A program made the translations under genes and the position numbers. Of a stretch of 64,000 nt of DNA, positions 30,596-40,821 are shown piece after piece; position 1 is the first letter of the stretch; each line of letters opens with the position of its first letter. Origin of the DNA: Woeseiaceae bacterium. GTDB taxonomy: Bacteria > Pseudomonadota > Gammaproteobacteria > Steroidobacterales > Woeseiaceae. The notes beneath the pieces are model-generated. The model searched no databases. It was not told where the DNA came from and saw only the letters and a program-made list of their open reading frames with translations. The stretch covers positions 27,178-91,177 of the forward strand of contig WVYQ01000036.1 of the NCBI GenBank assembly GCA_011772865.1. The letters run 5' to 3'.

Positions 30596-31122
30596 TCTGT
30601 ACGCTCGGCGGGCGCACACCGGAACTCGTCGGCGATCAGCACTTTGTCGCCCCGAACGCCACTGTCATCGGCAATGTGCGGCTGCTTCCCGGTGCCAGTG
30701 TCTGGTTCAACACAGTCGTACGCGGCGATAACGAACTCATCGAGATCGGTGAGGGAAGCAATGTGCAGGATGGCTGCGTGTTGCATACCGACCCCGGTTA
30801 CCCGATGACCATCGGCAATGACGTCACAGTCGGCCACAGGGTCATGTTGCATGGCTGCACGATTGGGGAGAATTCGCTGATCGGCATGGGCAGCACGATC
30901 CTCAACGGCGCGCATATCGGCCGGAATTGCCTTGTCGGCGCCAATTCGCTGATCACTGCAGGCAAGTCGTTTGCGGATGGCTCACTGATAATGGGCTCAC
31001 CGGCGAGGGTCGCGCGCAAGCTGACTGACGAAGAGATCGCAGCAAATCGGGAGTCAGCACGACACTATGTCGATAACGCAGCCCGCTATCTCGCGGACCT
31101 GGGACCGGCTGAGGACGGCTAG
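30592..31122 (+). CDS. Gamma-carbonic-anhydrase-like hexapeptide-repeat protein (YrdA/PaaY family)
   Basis: 176 aa. Left-handed beta-helix repeats with [11 protein letters not shown]...NVQDGCVLH...GHRVMLHGC, the His ligand pattern of the family. Confidence 0.85.
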   Translation: MICTLGGRTPELVGDQHFVAPNATVIGNVRLLPGASVWFNTVVRGDNELIEIGEGSNVQDGCVLHTDPGYPMTIGNDVTVGHRVMLHGCTIGENSLIGMGSTILNGAHIGRNCLVGANSLITAGKSFADGSLIMGSPARVARKLTDEEIAANRESARHYVDNAARYLADLGPAEDG

Positions 31123-32015
31123 ACCTGCAAGCGCGGATCCGACCGGGTTTCCCTGGGTGTATCGATGACGCGGACCAGGCCTTCCTGGGCCGTCGAGGCG
31201 ACCAGCACTCCGTCGGCATCGAACAGCTGGCCGCGAGCAAAACCTCGGGCGCCGGCCGCGTTGGGGCTATCCATCGCGTACAGCAGCCAGTCGTCGATGC
31301 TGAAGGGCCGGTGAAACCAGAGTGCGTGATCGAGGCTCGCCATGATGACTTTCCCCTCCGCAAACGGCAGGCCGTGAGGCAGCGTGCTCGTACCGAGAAG
31401 CTCGAAGTCGGACACATACGCCAGCAGATTCTGATGCAGGGCGAGTTCTTCGGGTAGCGAATCGACGGCCCGGATCCAGACGTGCTTTACGGGCGGCCGC
31501 GGATCGGTCGAACCGAGGGACACGGACTCTACAGGCCGGAAATCGAACGGCCGCTTGTCCGTCATGAAACGGCGCATTTTGACCGGCAGCTTGTCGACGT
31601 GATCACAGGCAATCTCCGCAAGATCCTTGAGGCCGTCCGGACCCGGTACGTCCGGTGCGGTCGCCTGGTGATCGAGCCCGGATTCGCGGCTCTGGAACGA
31701 TGCCGCCAGGTTGAAGATCGGCCGACCATGCTGGATCGCGACAACGCGGCGCGTCGAAAAACTGCCGCCATCCCGCGCACGATCCACTTCGTAAATGATG
31801 GGCGCCTCCATGTCGCCGCGGCGCAGGAAGTACGCATGCAGCGAATGTGCGACCCGGTCCTCGACCGTGTGCTGGGCCGCGGATAAAGCCTGGCCCAGCA
31901 CCTGTCCGCCGAAAACCTGGGCGCTACCGATGTCGCGGCTGTCACCGCGGAAGATATTGGTTTCAATCCGCTCGAGCTGCAGCAGCGTGATCAGGTCTTC
32001 GAGAACCGGATGCAT
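31119..32015 (-). CDS. tesB: Acyl-CoA thioesterase II
   Basis: 298 aa. Double hot-dog fold. [12 protein letters not shown] resembles the E. coli TesB motif HSFHSYFLRPGD. Confidence 0.85.
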   Translation of the reverse strand: MHPVLEDLITLLQLERIETNIFRGDSRDIGSAQVFGGQVLGQALSAAQHTVEDRVAHSLHAYFLRRGDMEAPIIYEVDRARDGGSFSTRRVVAIQHGRPIFNLAASFQSRESGLDHQATAPDVPGPDGLKDLAEIACDHVDKLPVKMRRFMTDKRPFDFRPVESVSLGSTDPRPPVKHVWIRAVDSLPEELALHQNLLAYVSDFELLGTSTLPHGLPFAEGKVIMASLDHALWFHRPFSIDDWLLYAMDSPNAAGARGFARGQLFDADGVLVASTAQEGLVRVIDTPRETRSDPRLQV

Positions 32016-32021
32016 CTCGCC

Positions 32022-32768
32022 TCAGCCGTTCGGACCACCGTCGACACGCACGCCGGTGCCGCTCACGAACGCAGAATCGTCACTGGCCAGGAACAGAGCG
32101 ACTTTGGCGATGTCGACGGGCTCTCCCAGCCGGCGCGCGGCCGATTGGGCAATGCAGAAATCGCGCAACGACTTGTTTTTCCTGAATACCTCGCGGCTCA
32201 CAGGCGTCATGATGGCGCCAGGCTGGATGTAGGTTGCGGTGATGCCGAACTCGCCGGTTTCTGCCCCGAGATCTCGCGTCAGATCGGCAAGGTCCTGCTC
32301 GGATCGCGCATAAGCGTCGCTGCCGTCCGCCGCAAACAGGCTGCGCAGGAAACCAATGTTGATGATGCGCCCCGCCGGGCTTTTCTTGAGATGCGGCAAA
32401 GCTGCGCGGCAGATCGACCGGACCAGCTCGGCGCGCGCCTCGAGCAGCTTGTCGAGGCGAGCATCGCCGTCGACGAGCGGCGCGTCGGGGGCCAGCGGAA
32501 AATCGTTAACGAGAATATCGACGCCGCCCAGCTTGTCGACGGCCTCCTCGACCAGGCCGGACATGCGAGCCGCATCCGTCAGGCTCGACACGTGGCCTTC
32601 AATACCCCTCACCGACCGGAAGTGCTGCTCGACACCGCTGTTCGCAGTATCGATGGCAAGGACCGTGGCGCCGTGTTTGGCAAGCGTGCGGGCGGTAGCC
32701 TCACCGATGCCGCTCGCACCATTGGTGATCAGCGCATTCAAGCCATAAAGACGCAAGGCGTCGCCCAT
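32022..32768 (-). CDS. SDR-family oxidoreductase
   Basis: 248 aa. TNGASGIGEA cofactor motif. Substrate unknown. Confidence 0.8.
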   Translation of the reverse strand: MGDALRLYGLNALITNGASGIGEATARTLAKHGATVLAIDTANSGVEQHFRSVRGIEGHVSSLTDAARMSGLVEEAVDKLGGVDILVNDFPLAPDAPLVDGDARLDKLLEARAELVRSICRAALPHLKKSPAGRIINIGFLRSLFAADGSDAYARSEQDLADLTRDLGAETGEFGITATYIQPGAIMTPVSREVFRKNKSLRDFCIAQSAARRLGEPVDIAKVALFLASDDSAFVSGTGVRVDGGPNG

Positions 32769-32805
32769 GTTTGCTCCAGCGAAGTTCTAAAACGGCCGAC
32801 GGCCG

Positions 32806-34437
32806 CTACCCAGAAAGTTGATAGTCTTTGAATTGTCTGCGTAATTCAATCTTCTTGACCTTGCCGGTCGCCGTGTGCGGCAGCTCGTCGACGAATTCGA
32901 CATCGGTTGGAATCCACCACTTCGCCACCCTGCCTTCATAGAACGCGAGCAACTCATCGCCGGTAACATCCTGACCCTCTGCCTTCACGACGACCAGCAA
33001 TGGCCGCTCCGTCCACTTGGGATGAGCGATGCCGATTACGGCCGCCTCGGCAACGGCCGGATGAGCCATGATCGTGTTCTCGAGTTCAATGGAGCTGATC
33101 CACTCGCCGCCTGACTTGATAACGTCCTTGGTCCGGTCCGTGATGGCCATGTAGCCTTCCGGGTCGATCGTTGCGACGTCTCCGGTGTCGAACCACCCGT
33201 CATCGGTGTGCGTACCGGCCGATCCATCGAGCTTGAAGTAGTCGCTGCACACCCATGGCCCACGTACCTGTAATGGACCGTAAGCTTCACCATCCCAGGG
33301 CAGCGCACTGCCCTCTTCGTCGACGATGCGCAATTCGCAACCGAAAATGCCTCGACCGGCCTTGGCGGCAAAGTCGAGTTTTTCGTCAGGAGAGCGGTTT
33401 TCGAGTCCTGCCTTGAGCGTGCTGGCGACACCGAGTGGGCTGGTTTCGGTCATCCCCCATCCCTGGCGCACCTCCACGTCGTGCTTGTCGCGAAACTCCT
33501 GGATCATGGAACGCGGTACGGCGGCTCCGCCAATAAGGGTTCGCTGCAGCTTGTCGAGACGTTTGCCTGTTTTCTCGCAATACTGCAGCAGCGCCAGCCA
33601 GACCGTAGGTACGCCCAGGGACAGCGTCACATCCTCGCTATCGAGCAGCTCGCAAAGCACCTCGCCGTCACCCATTTTCGGACCCGGCAAGACCAGCTTG
33701 GCGCCAGCCATGAACGCTGCGTAGGGAGAGCCCCATGAATTGACGTGAAACAGCGGCACCACCGGAAGCACCACGTCACGGCTCGACATCGACATTACAT
33801 CCGGCGCGACCGCGGCATAGGCGTGGAGCAATGTCGACCGGTGATCGTACAGGACGCCTTTCGGGTCGCCCGTCGTCCCGGACGTATAGCAGAGCGCAGA
33901 AGCGGTCTGTTCGTCGAATTCTGGCCAGTCGAACTCGTCGGACTCATCCGCAATCAATGACTCGTAGCACATAACGTTGCTGAGCTGCGTCTCGGGCATG
34001 TGCGCCTCGTCGGTCATCACGACAAATCCCTCGACATTCGGGATCTTGTCGGCAATGGCCTCGAGGAGAGGAACAAACATGACGTCTGTGAATATCCACC
34101 GGTCCTCGGCGTGATTGATGATGAATACAAGCTGTTCGGGAAACAGTCGTGGATTGATCGTATGGCATACATGACCAGCGCCACTGATCCCGTAATAGGC
34201 TTCGAGGTGGCGGTAGTCGTTCCAGGCGAGCGTCGCAACGCGGTCGCCGCGCTTCGCGCCGAGTCCGTTTAGCGCGTTTGCGAGCTTCTTCGCGCGACCG
34301 ATGCAGTCACCGTACGTATAGCGGTGACGAGGATTATCGGCCGTGACCGACACGATTTCCCTGCCGCCGTGGTACCGGGCCGCGTGTTCCGCAATTGCAG
34401 AAATCAACAGCGGCGTGTTCATCATCAATCCGAACAT
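32806..34437 (-). CDS. Long/medium-chain fatty-acid--CoA ligase (AMP-binding family)
   Basis: Start trimmed to ATG 34437 ([11 protein letters not shown]...). AMP-binding motif [11 protein letters not shown], plus GWGMTETS and the C-terminal lysine region TATGKVKK. Confidence 0.88.
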   Translation of the reverse strand: MFGLMMNTPLLISAIAEHAARYHGGREIVSVTADNPRHRYTYGDCIGRAKKLANALNGLGAKRGDRVATLAWNDYRHLEAYYGISGAGHVCHTINPRLFPEQLVFIINHAEDRWIFTDVMFVPLLEAIADKIPNVEGFVVMTDEAHMPETQLSNVMCYESLIADESDEFDWPEFDEQTASALCYTSGTTGDPKGVLYDHRSTLLHAYAAVAPDVMSMSSRDVVLPVVPLFHVNSWGSPYAAFMAGAKLVLPGPKMGDGEVLCELLDSEDVTLSLGVPTVWLALLQYCEKTGKRLDKLQRTLIGGAAVPRSMIQEFRDKHDVEVRQGWGMTETSPLGVASTLKAGLENRSPDEKLDFAAKAGRGIFGCELRIVDEEGSALPWDGEAYGPLQVRGPWVCSDYFKLDGSAGTHTDDGWFDTGDVATIDPEGYMAITDRTKDVIKSGGEWISSIELENTIMAHPAVAEAAVIGIAHPKWTERPLLVVVKAEGQDVTGDELLAFYEGRVAKWWIPTDVEFVDELPHTATGKVKKIELRRQFKDYQLSG

Positions 34438-34605
34438 GAATCCGTCTCTCGCCTCGTGATCCGGCGGATAATTTAACAGAAATCTCCCGCTGGGCGGCGC
34501 TGCGCACGTACATTCCGAAGCCTTTGATTTAGAGGCGATTCGGGCAATTCGTGATATCCTTCCGCAGATCCGATTTGTCACAGTTCAGTGCTTAGAGGGG
34601 GAACG

Positions 34606-37242
34606 ATGAGCAAGCAAATCCAAGCAACTCTGCGTCTTGGCGCACTGCTTCCGGTTGCGGCTGCAGGCCTGGCATTCAGTTCGACCGTATACGCGCAAGA
34701 CGAGGACATGGCGATATTTGAAGAAATCGTCGTTACCGTACAACGACGCGAACAGAGCATCATGGATGTTCCTGTTGCCGTCAGCGCGATCTCCGGGACC
34801 GAGATACAGGCCGCCGGCATCAAGGACATGTTCGACCTGCAACAGAATGTGGTCGGGCTCATCGTTAGCCAGAGCCAGACTTCGACAACGATGAACTTCT
34901 CGATTCGCGGCGTCGGATCGACCTCCAACAACTTTGGCGTCGAATCCTCGGTCGGCCTGTTCGTCGACGGAGTCTATCGCTCGCGCCAAAGTTCATTGGT
35001 CAATGACCTCGCCGATATCGAGACCGTCGAAGTCGCACGCGGACCACAAGGTACGCTGTTCGGCAAGAATACGGCCTCCGGTGCGATCATCGTACGCACA
35101 GTCCGCCCGAGCCAGGAGCGCGACGCATATATCGATGTTACGGCCGGTGATCTGGGTCTTGTCAAGCTTTCCGCTGCCTCCAACATCTCTCTGGGTGACA
35201 ACGTCGCGATGCGCGGCACCGTATTTATGTCGGAGCGCGACGGTTATGTCGATGATAACGTGCTCGGCAGCGACTATTACAATGATCGCGACAGATGGGG
35301 CGCGCGCTTGCAGCTTGCTGTCAATGAGCCGGGCGATGATTTCAACATGCGCATCATTGCGGACTATGCCGAGATCGATGAAGTTTGTTGCGTCGCGATT
35401 TCACGCGTAGACAGCATCGTTTCGCAGTCCAGCCTGACGAGCCCAACCGGACTTGTCTTTGGCTCAGACGCAGCCATCGTGGGTTTTGGAGGCAACGTCT
35501 TCACGGACTTCCCCTATCCGCCAGGGATTTTCCCACCCAATGTCATAACGGGCGTCGGATTTGACGATTACCTTGTCGAGTACGACAGCCCGCCGCGTTC
35601 GCAGAACGAGGACACTGGTTTGTCAGTGGAGTTCAACAAAGACCTTGGTGACAACGCGACTCTCACATCCCTCACCGCCTGGCGAACCTTCGATACGTAT
35701 GACGAGATCGATGCCGACTTCTCGCCGATCGCATTGATCTCGAGAACCAATCTCGCCGAAGTCGAGTCGATCTCGCAGGAACTGCGTATCAGCGGTGAAT
35801 TCGGTGAAGGCAGCAACTACGTTGTTGGCGCCTATTACTTCGGCCAGGAAATTTACAACGAGACATTTACCGGCGACGCGTCGGGTATTGGCACGTTGCG
35901 AGATTACGCCGTGTTTACGAGGCCGGAGATAACCAGCGCCATAACGCTGGTAAATACCGTGAACGCTCTGACGGGTGGTCCCGCCAGTCCCTACCCGGTT
36001 GCCGGTGACCCTTTCCCCCCGGGCGTCTACGGGCTTGATTTCGTCAACCAGGACCAGGACGGTTGGGCTGTGTTCGGTCAGGTCGACTGGTCGATAACGG
36101 ACTCGTTCACGCTGACACTGGGTGCCCGATACACAGACGAAACCAAGAAAATCAGCAGTGTATTCGAGCAGACACTGGATTCGAGTGCAACACCGCCTGA
36201 TATCGCGGCTCTCGGCCTGATTGCGTGCCAGCTGGACCAGCCGCCAGGGTGTTTTGCCACCCTGCCGCCGCCGCTGCAGGTGCCACCTGACTTCACTGAC
36301 CCGAATACGCTGGCGATTTTCCTGCCGTACGGGTTCGAGGGATGGGGTTCGTGGGAATTCGGGTCACTGACGCCAAGAGGAGACATCAATGACCAGCTTT
36401 CCGATGACCAGATGACGGGTACCGTAAAGCTCAGCTTTTTCCCGACGGACAATTCGCTTATCTACGGGTCTGTTACTACGGGATTCAAGTCGGGCGGCAC
36501 GAACACAGAAAGACTGCCGCTGGGATTTGATCCGATTTTCGATGCCGAGACGTCGACGTCCTTCGAACTTGGCGCGAAGACTCAATGGGGCCCAATGCAA
36601 CTCAAAGCCGCACTTTATCGAATGGTGTTCGATGACTTTCAGGCGCAGTCATTCACCGGAGCGGGTTTCAATCTCCAGAACGCTGGTGAGCTGAGTACGC
36701 AAGGTATCGAACTCGAAATGGTATGGCGTCCGACTGACTCCACGGAGATCCAGGCAAACTACGCGTATAACGAAGGCGAGTACGACGACTTCGAGGGCGG
36801 CACCTGCTGGGATGCGTATACGTTCCACACCGGCATAGACGACCCGGGCAGGACCGACCCGACATCTCAACAGTGTTCCCGTACGGGCGACCCGCTGTCC
36901 GCTAACCCGGAGAATCGGGCGTTCCTGGCGCTGATCCAGTCAGTCGACATCGGCACCAATACGCAGATGGTCTTCCGCGGCGAATATTCATACGCCTCGT
37001 CGTTTTGGACTGACGGCGACCTGGATCCGTTCACAAAGCAGGGCAGCACCGAACTGGTCAACCTGCGTATCGGCTTCCTGTTTGATCGCATCAATTCCGA
37101 GCTGACGCTGTGGGGCCGCAACATCACCGACGAACGCTGGTGGTACGCATCGTTTGATCAGCCGCTTGGTTTTGACCGTATGAATTCATACCCGGCCGAG
37201 CCGGCGACGTACGGACTTACCTGGCGTACGCTCTTCGACTAA
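34606..37242 (+). CDS. TonB-dependent outer-membrane receptor
   Basis: Start at ATG 34606 (MSKQIQ...). Signal peptide ending VYA|QDED. Plug motifs EEIVVTVQRREQSIMDVPVAVSAISG and IETVEVARGPQGTLFGKNTASGAI. Long beta-barrel ending YGLTWRTLFD. Confidence 0.9.
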   Translation: MSKQIQATLRLGALLPVAAAGLAFSSTVYAQDEDMAIFEEIVVTVQRREQSIMDVPVAVSAISGTEIQAAGIKDMFDLQQNVVGLIVSQSQTSTTMNFSIRGVGSTSNNFGVESSVGLFVDGVYRSRQSSLVNDLADIETVEVARGPQGTLFGKNTASGAIIVRTVRPSQERDAYIDVTAGDLGLVKLSAASNISLGDNVAMRGTVFMSERDGYVDDNVLGSDYYNDRDRWGARLQLAVNEPGDDFNMRIIADYAEIDEVCCVAISRVDSIVSQSSLTSPTGLVFGSDAAIVGFGGNVFTDFPYPPGIFPPNVITGVGFDDYLVEYDSPPRSQNEDTGLSVEFNKDLGDNATLTSLTAWRTFDTYDEIDADFSPIALISRTNLAEVESISQELRISGEFGEGSNYVVGAYYFGQEIYNETFTGDASGIGTLRDYAVFTRPEITSAITLVNTVNALTGGPASPYPVAGDPFPPGVYGLDFVNQDQDGWAVFGQVDWSITDSFTLTLGARYTDETKKISSVFEQTLDSSATPPDIAALGLIACQLDQPPGCFATLPPPLQVPPDFTDPNTLAIFLPYGFEGWGSWEFGSLTPRGDINDQLSDDQMTGTVKLSFFPTDNSLIYGSVTTGFKSGGTNTERLPLGFDPIFDAETSTSFELGAKTQWGPMQLKAALYRMVFDDFQAQSFTGAGFNLQNAGELSTQGIELEMVWRPTDSTEIQANYAYNEGEYDDFEGGTCWDAYTFHTGIDDPGRTDPTSQQCSRTGDPLSANPENRAFLALIQSVDIGTNTQMVFRGEYSYASSFWTDGDLDPFTKQGSTELVNLRIGFLFDRINSELTLWGRNITDERWWYASFDQPLGFDRMNSYPAEPATYGLTWRTLFD

Positions 37243-37246
37243 GGCA

Positions 37247-38200
37247 ATCTCAGGCAACACTCTCACCATCGCGCTGGGCCAGATCGCACCGATCTGGCTC
37301 CAGCGCGATGCCACTTTGGCAAAGGTCATTGACCGGATCGCCCAAGGCGCATCGCAGGGCTGCGAGCTGATCATCTTTGGTGAAGCGCTCGTTCCCGGTT
37401 ATCCATTCTGGGTCGAGCGCACCGACGGTGCGAAATTCGACTCGCAATTGCAAAAACAACTCTACGCGCATTACGTAGACCAGGGCGTATCGATCGAAGA
37501 CGGCGACCTCGATAGTGTCTGCAAGGCAGCCGCCAAGCATGGCACCGCTGTCTACCTCGGTGTCATGGAGCGGGCCGCCAATCGCGGTCGCCACAGCCTG
37601 TATTGCTCGATGGTCTACATCGACCCCGAGGGCCGGATCGGCTCCGTGCACCGCAAGCTCATGCCCACGCACGAGGAGCGCCTGGTCTGGGCGATTGGCG
37701 ACGGTCACGGCCTCAAGGCCCACAAGCTCGGACCCTTCACGGTCGGCGGCCTCAACTGCTGGGAGAACTGGCTGCCGCTGGCGCGAGCCGCCCTGTACGG
37801 CCAGGGCGAGGACCTGCACGTCGCGATCTGGCCCGGCAACCTGCGCAACACCGAGGACATCACGCGTTTCATCGCCAGGGAGAGCCGCTCGTTCGTTGCG
37901 TCAGTGTCGGGACTGATGCGGCGCGAGGACATCGGTGATGACCTGCCTCATGCGGACCTGCTGCGCGAGACGGCTGACGATATCATGGCCGATGGCGGCA
38001 GTTGCCTGGCAAGCCCTACCGGCGAATGGCTGCTCGACCCCGAGACCGGCGTCGAGTCGTTGCGCTTCGCGACCATCGATCATCGGCTAGTATTGGAGGA
38101 ACGGCACAGCCTCGATGTCGCGGGACACTATGCACGCCCCGACGTCACCCGGCTTGTCGTTAATCGCAAACGCCAGACAACGACCGAGTTCGACGACTGA
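37247..38200 (+). CDS. Nitrilase (branch-1 carbon-nitrogen hydrolase); start codon uncertain
   Basis: Glu-Lys-Cys triad contexts IIFGEALVPGYP, VHRKLMPT and GGLNCWEN. The track start (TTG 37316) removes the conserved first strand TLTIALGQIAPIW, which is encoded in frame upstream. The only in-frame candidates are ATC 37247, CTG 37274 and ATT 37184. Confidence 0.8.
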   Translation: MSGNTLTIALGQIAPIWLQRDATLAKVIDRIAQGASQGCELIIFGEALVPGYPFWVERTDGAKFDSQLQKQLYAHYVDQGVSIEDGDLDSVCKAAAKHGTAVYLGVMERAANRGRHSLYCSMVYIDPEGRIGSVHRKLMPTHEERLVWAIGDGHGLKAHKLGPFTVGGLNCWENWLPLARAALYGQGEDLHVAIWPGNLRNTEDITRFIARESRSFVASVSGLMRREDIGDDLPHADLLRETADDIMADGGSCLASPTGEWLLDPETGVESLRFATIDHRLVLEERHSLDVAGHYARPDVTRLVVNRKRQTTTEFDD

Positions 38201-38209
38201 AGGCGCAAC

Positions 38210-39703
38210 ATGACGAATCGATACAACAATATTCTCGAGACGGTTGGCAACACACCGATCGTAAAGCTCAACAAATTAGGGCCCGACGACGTCAACGTGT
38301 ACGTCAAGATCGAGTCCTTCAACCCGATGGGGTCGGTCAAGGACCGGCTCGCGCTCGGCGTCATCGAAGAAGCCGAGGCCAGCGGCGCACTGCAACCGGG
38401 TCAGACGGTCATTGAGGCAACCAGTGGTAACACGGGCATCGGCCTGGCCATGGTCTGCGCACAAAAAGGCTACCCGCTCGTCGTCACGATGGCGGAGAGC
38501 TTCAGTCTCGAACGGCGCAAGATGATGCGCTTCCTCGGCGCCAGGGTCGTGCTGACACCAGCCGCATTGAAGGGCAGCGGCATGCTGGCCAAGGCTGTTG
38601 AACTCGCGGCAGAGCACGGCTGGTTTCTCGTACGCCAGTTCGAGAACGAGGCCAACGCCAATGCCCACTCGCGCACGACCGCGCCCGAAATCCTTGCCGC
38701 GTTTGCCGAGGATGGTCTCGACTACTGGGTCACCGGATTCGGCACTGGTGGAACGCTAAAGGGTGTGTCGCGCGTGCTCAAGAAAGAGAGTCCGAATACG
38801 AAGATTATCGTGTGCGAACCCGACAACTCGGCGATCCTGGGCAGCGGCATCCCGCAGCAGCGTGAGGCAGACGGCTCGATTACCGAAAGTCACCCGTTAT
38901 TCCGCCCGCACCTGATGCAGGGCTGGAGCCCGGATTTCATCCCCAAGCTCACCGAAGATGTCGTCAATGCCGAACTGATCGACGAAATCCTGCCGATCGC
39001 CGGCGACGGCGCACTCGCGCTGTCGAAGGCCCTGGCCCGGGAAGAAGGCATCTTTGTTGGCATCTCGGCAGGCGCCACGCTGGCCGGCGCCCTCGCGGTC
39101 GCCGAGAAGGCCGAGCCCGGCTCGAATGTGCTTTGCATGCTGCCCGATACCGGCGAGCGCTACCTGTCGACGCCGCTTTTCGATGGCATTCCCGAGGACA
39201 TGACCGAGGAGGAAATGGAGATCTCGAGGTCGACGCCCAACTATCGATTCGACTCGGCGCCACCGCCTCCACCGGCCGAGGACGAGGAAGATCAGGCGGT
39301 CGAGGCGCCAGCCGAAGCTCTCGAGTTTCTCGATCAGGCGACGCACGATCCTGAAAATCCTGTCGTGCTGTTTGCGCTGGAGTGGTGCGAGTTCTGCTGG
39401 TCCGTCCGCAAGACTTTCGCGGCCTACGACATTCCCTATCGGTCAATCGACCTCGATTCCGTGGCCTACCAGGAAGGCAACAAGGGCGGCAACATCCGCA
39501 AGGCGATCGAGCAGAAGACGGGTCTCAAGACAATTCCTCAGATTTATGTAGGAGGGAAACATCTGGGCGGCGCCACCGAGACTTTCGACGCGATCCGGGA
39601 CGGCGGTTTCCAGGAGCTGCTCGAGGCAAACAACGTCGAGTGGAATCGGTCGGTCGATACGGACCCGTACTCGTTTCTGCCGGGCTGGCTGCACAGCCGC
39701 TAG
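38210..39703 (+). CDS. Cysteine synthase / beta-substituted-alanine synthase (PLP fold type II) fused to a C-terminal glutaredoxin-like domain
   Basis: 497 aa. CysK-family motifs NPMGSVKDR (PLP Lys44), TSGNTGIG, GTGGT and GISAGA. Acidic/Pro linker (aa about 325-380). Grx fold with WCEFC (C393/C396) and TIPQIYVGGKHLGG. Confidence 0.85.
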   Translation: MTNRYNNILETVGNTPIVKLNKLGPDDVNVYVKIESFNPMGSVKDRLALGVIEEAEASGALQPGQTVIEATSGNTGIGLAMVCAQKGYPLVVTMAESFSLERRKMMRFLGARVVLTPAALKGSGMLAKAVELAAEHGWFLVRQFENEANANAHSRTTAPEILAAFAEDGLDYWVTGFGTGGTLKGVSRVLKKESPNTKIIVCEPDNSAILGSGIPQQREADGSITESHPLFRPHLMQGWSPDFIPKLTEDVVNAELIDEILPIAGDGALALSKALAREEGIFVGISAGATLAGALAVAEKAEPGSNVLCMLPDTGERYLSTPLFDGIPEDMTEEEMEISRSTPNYRFDSAPPPPPAEDEEDQAVEAPAEALEFLDQATHDPENPVVLFALEWCEFCWSVRKTFAAYDIPYRSIDLDSVAYQEGNKGGNIRKAIEQKTGLKTIPQIYVGGKHLGGATETFDAIRDGGFQELLEANNVEWNRSVDTDPYSFLPGWLHSR

Positions 39704-40161
39704 TCGCTGAAAAAAAACATGCCGAGTGTCTCGGCCACGCAGGCGGGCTTGCGCTCGCCCTCGACTTCAATCCGAACTTCGGAGGTCAGCAGCAGCGCGC
39801 CGGCGCGGCGCCTTGCCTGCAGCACCGTGCCACGCGCGCGCACCCGCGCGCCGACGGGAACGGGTGTATAGAAGCGAACTTTATTGGTGCCGAAATTGAT
39901 GGCGCGCTCGAGGTTGTCGAATTCCAGGAAATTCTTCGTCAGCGCAGGTATCAGAGCCAAGGTCAGGTAGCCGTGAGCAATTGTTTTGCCGTCAGGCATC
40001 TCCTTCGCCGCCCTTTCGGTATCGACGTGGATCCATTGGTAGTCCGCCGTCGCCTCGGCAAACTGGTCGATACGGTGCTGGTCGATGACAGCCCAGTCCG
40101 ACAGGCCGACCTCCTGGCCTTCCAGCGACTTTGCGTCGTCAAGTGATCGGATCATTGGCAT
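39700..40161 (-). CDS. MaoC-like (R)-specific enoyl-CoA hydratase, hot-dog fold
   Basis: 153 aa. DQHRIDQFAEATADYQWIH and IAHGYLTLAL resemble the MaoC dehydratase motif. Confidence 0.65.
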   Translation of the reverse strand: MPMIRSLDDAKSLEGQEVGLSDWAVIDQHRIDQFAEATADYQWIHVDTERAAKEMPDGKTIAHGYLTLALIPALTKNFLEFDNLERAINFGTNKVRFYTPVPVGARVRARGTVLQARRRAGALLLTSEVRIEVEGERKPACVAETLGMFFFSD

Positions 40162-40245
40162 AACCGGTTCCTAAATACAGGGAAGGCCACAAGCCCGCAA
40201 GCCTCTCGTCCCGATATTTTTGTTGAACGACGCTAGAATCACTGC

Positions 40246-40821
40246 ATGACGAGACAGGTGTATGCCGTCGTTCTTGCGGCCGGGAGTGCTGCGCGCTTCG
40301 GCGGTACAAAGCAACTCGCGGAGACCCGCGGGCGACCGATGGTTTCTCGCGCCGTAGAAGTAGCAACAGGCGCTTGCGGCGATTGCACGATCGTGGTCGT
40401 CGGCCACCGGTCGGCCGCGGTAGCCAGTGCCTGCGAGGGATTACCGGGCTTTATCGTCGTCAACGAGGACTACACGGATGGGATTGGCGCATCGATTGCG
40501 ACAGCCGTGAACAGCATTCGCCACCTGGCGGACGCGATCCTGATTACGCTTGCCGACCAGCCGCTCGTGACTGCGGAGCATCTTAAGGCCCTGATCGATG
40601 CGTGGAGCGGAGCGAGCGATGAAATCGTAGCAACCGCTTTTTCCGCAACGAACGGACCGCCGGTCCTGTTCGCATCAGCATGCTTCGACGCTCTCGCCGG
40701 ACTCGATGGCGACAACGGCGGCCGCCACCTGTTCTCGGATGCGCGCTTCGGGCTAAAGACGATCGATTTCGAAGCCGCATCGATCGACATCGACACGCCC
40801 GAGGACCTCAGGCGGATTTAG
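40246..40821 (+). CDS. mocA: MobA-like NTP transferase, probably molybdenum cofactor cytidylyltransferase
   Basis: 191 aa. N-terminal VVLAAGSAARFGGTKQL and LADQP motifs. Distinct from the mobA in the adjacent moa cluster. Confidence 0.6.
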   Translation: MTRQVYAVVLAAGSAARFGGTKQLAETRGRPMVSRAVEVATGACGDCTIVVVGHRSAAVASACEGLPGFIVVNEDYTDGIGASIATAVNSIRHLADAILITLADQPLVTAEHLKALIDAWSGASDEIVATAFSATNGPPVLFASACFDALAGLDGDNGGRHLFSDARFGLKTIDFEAASIDIDTPEDLRRI

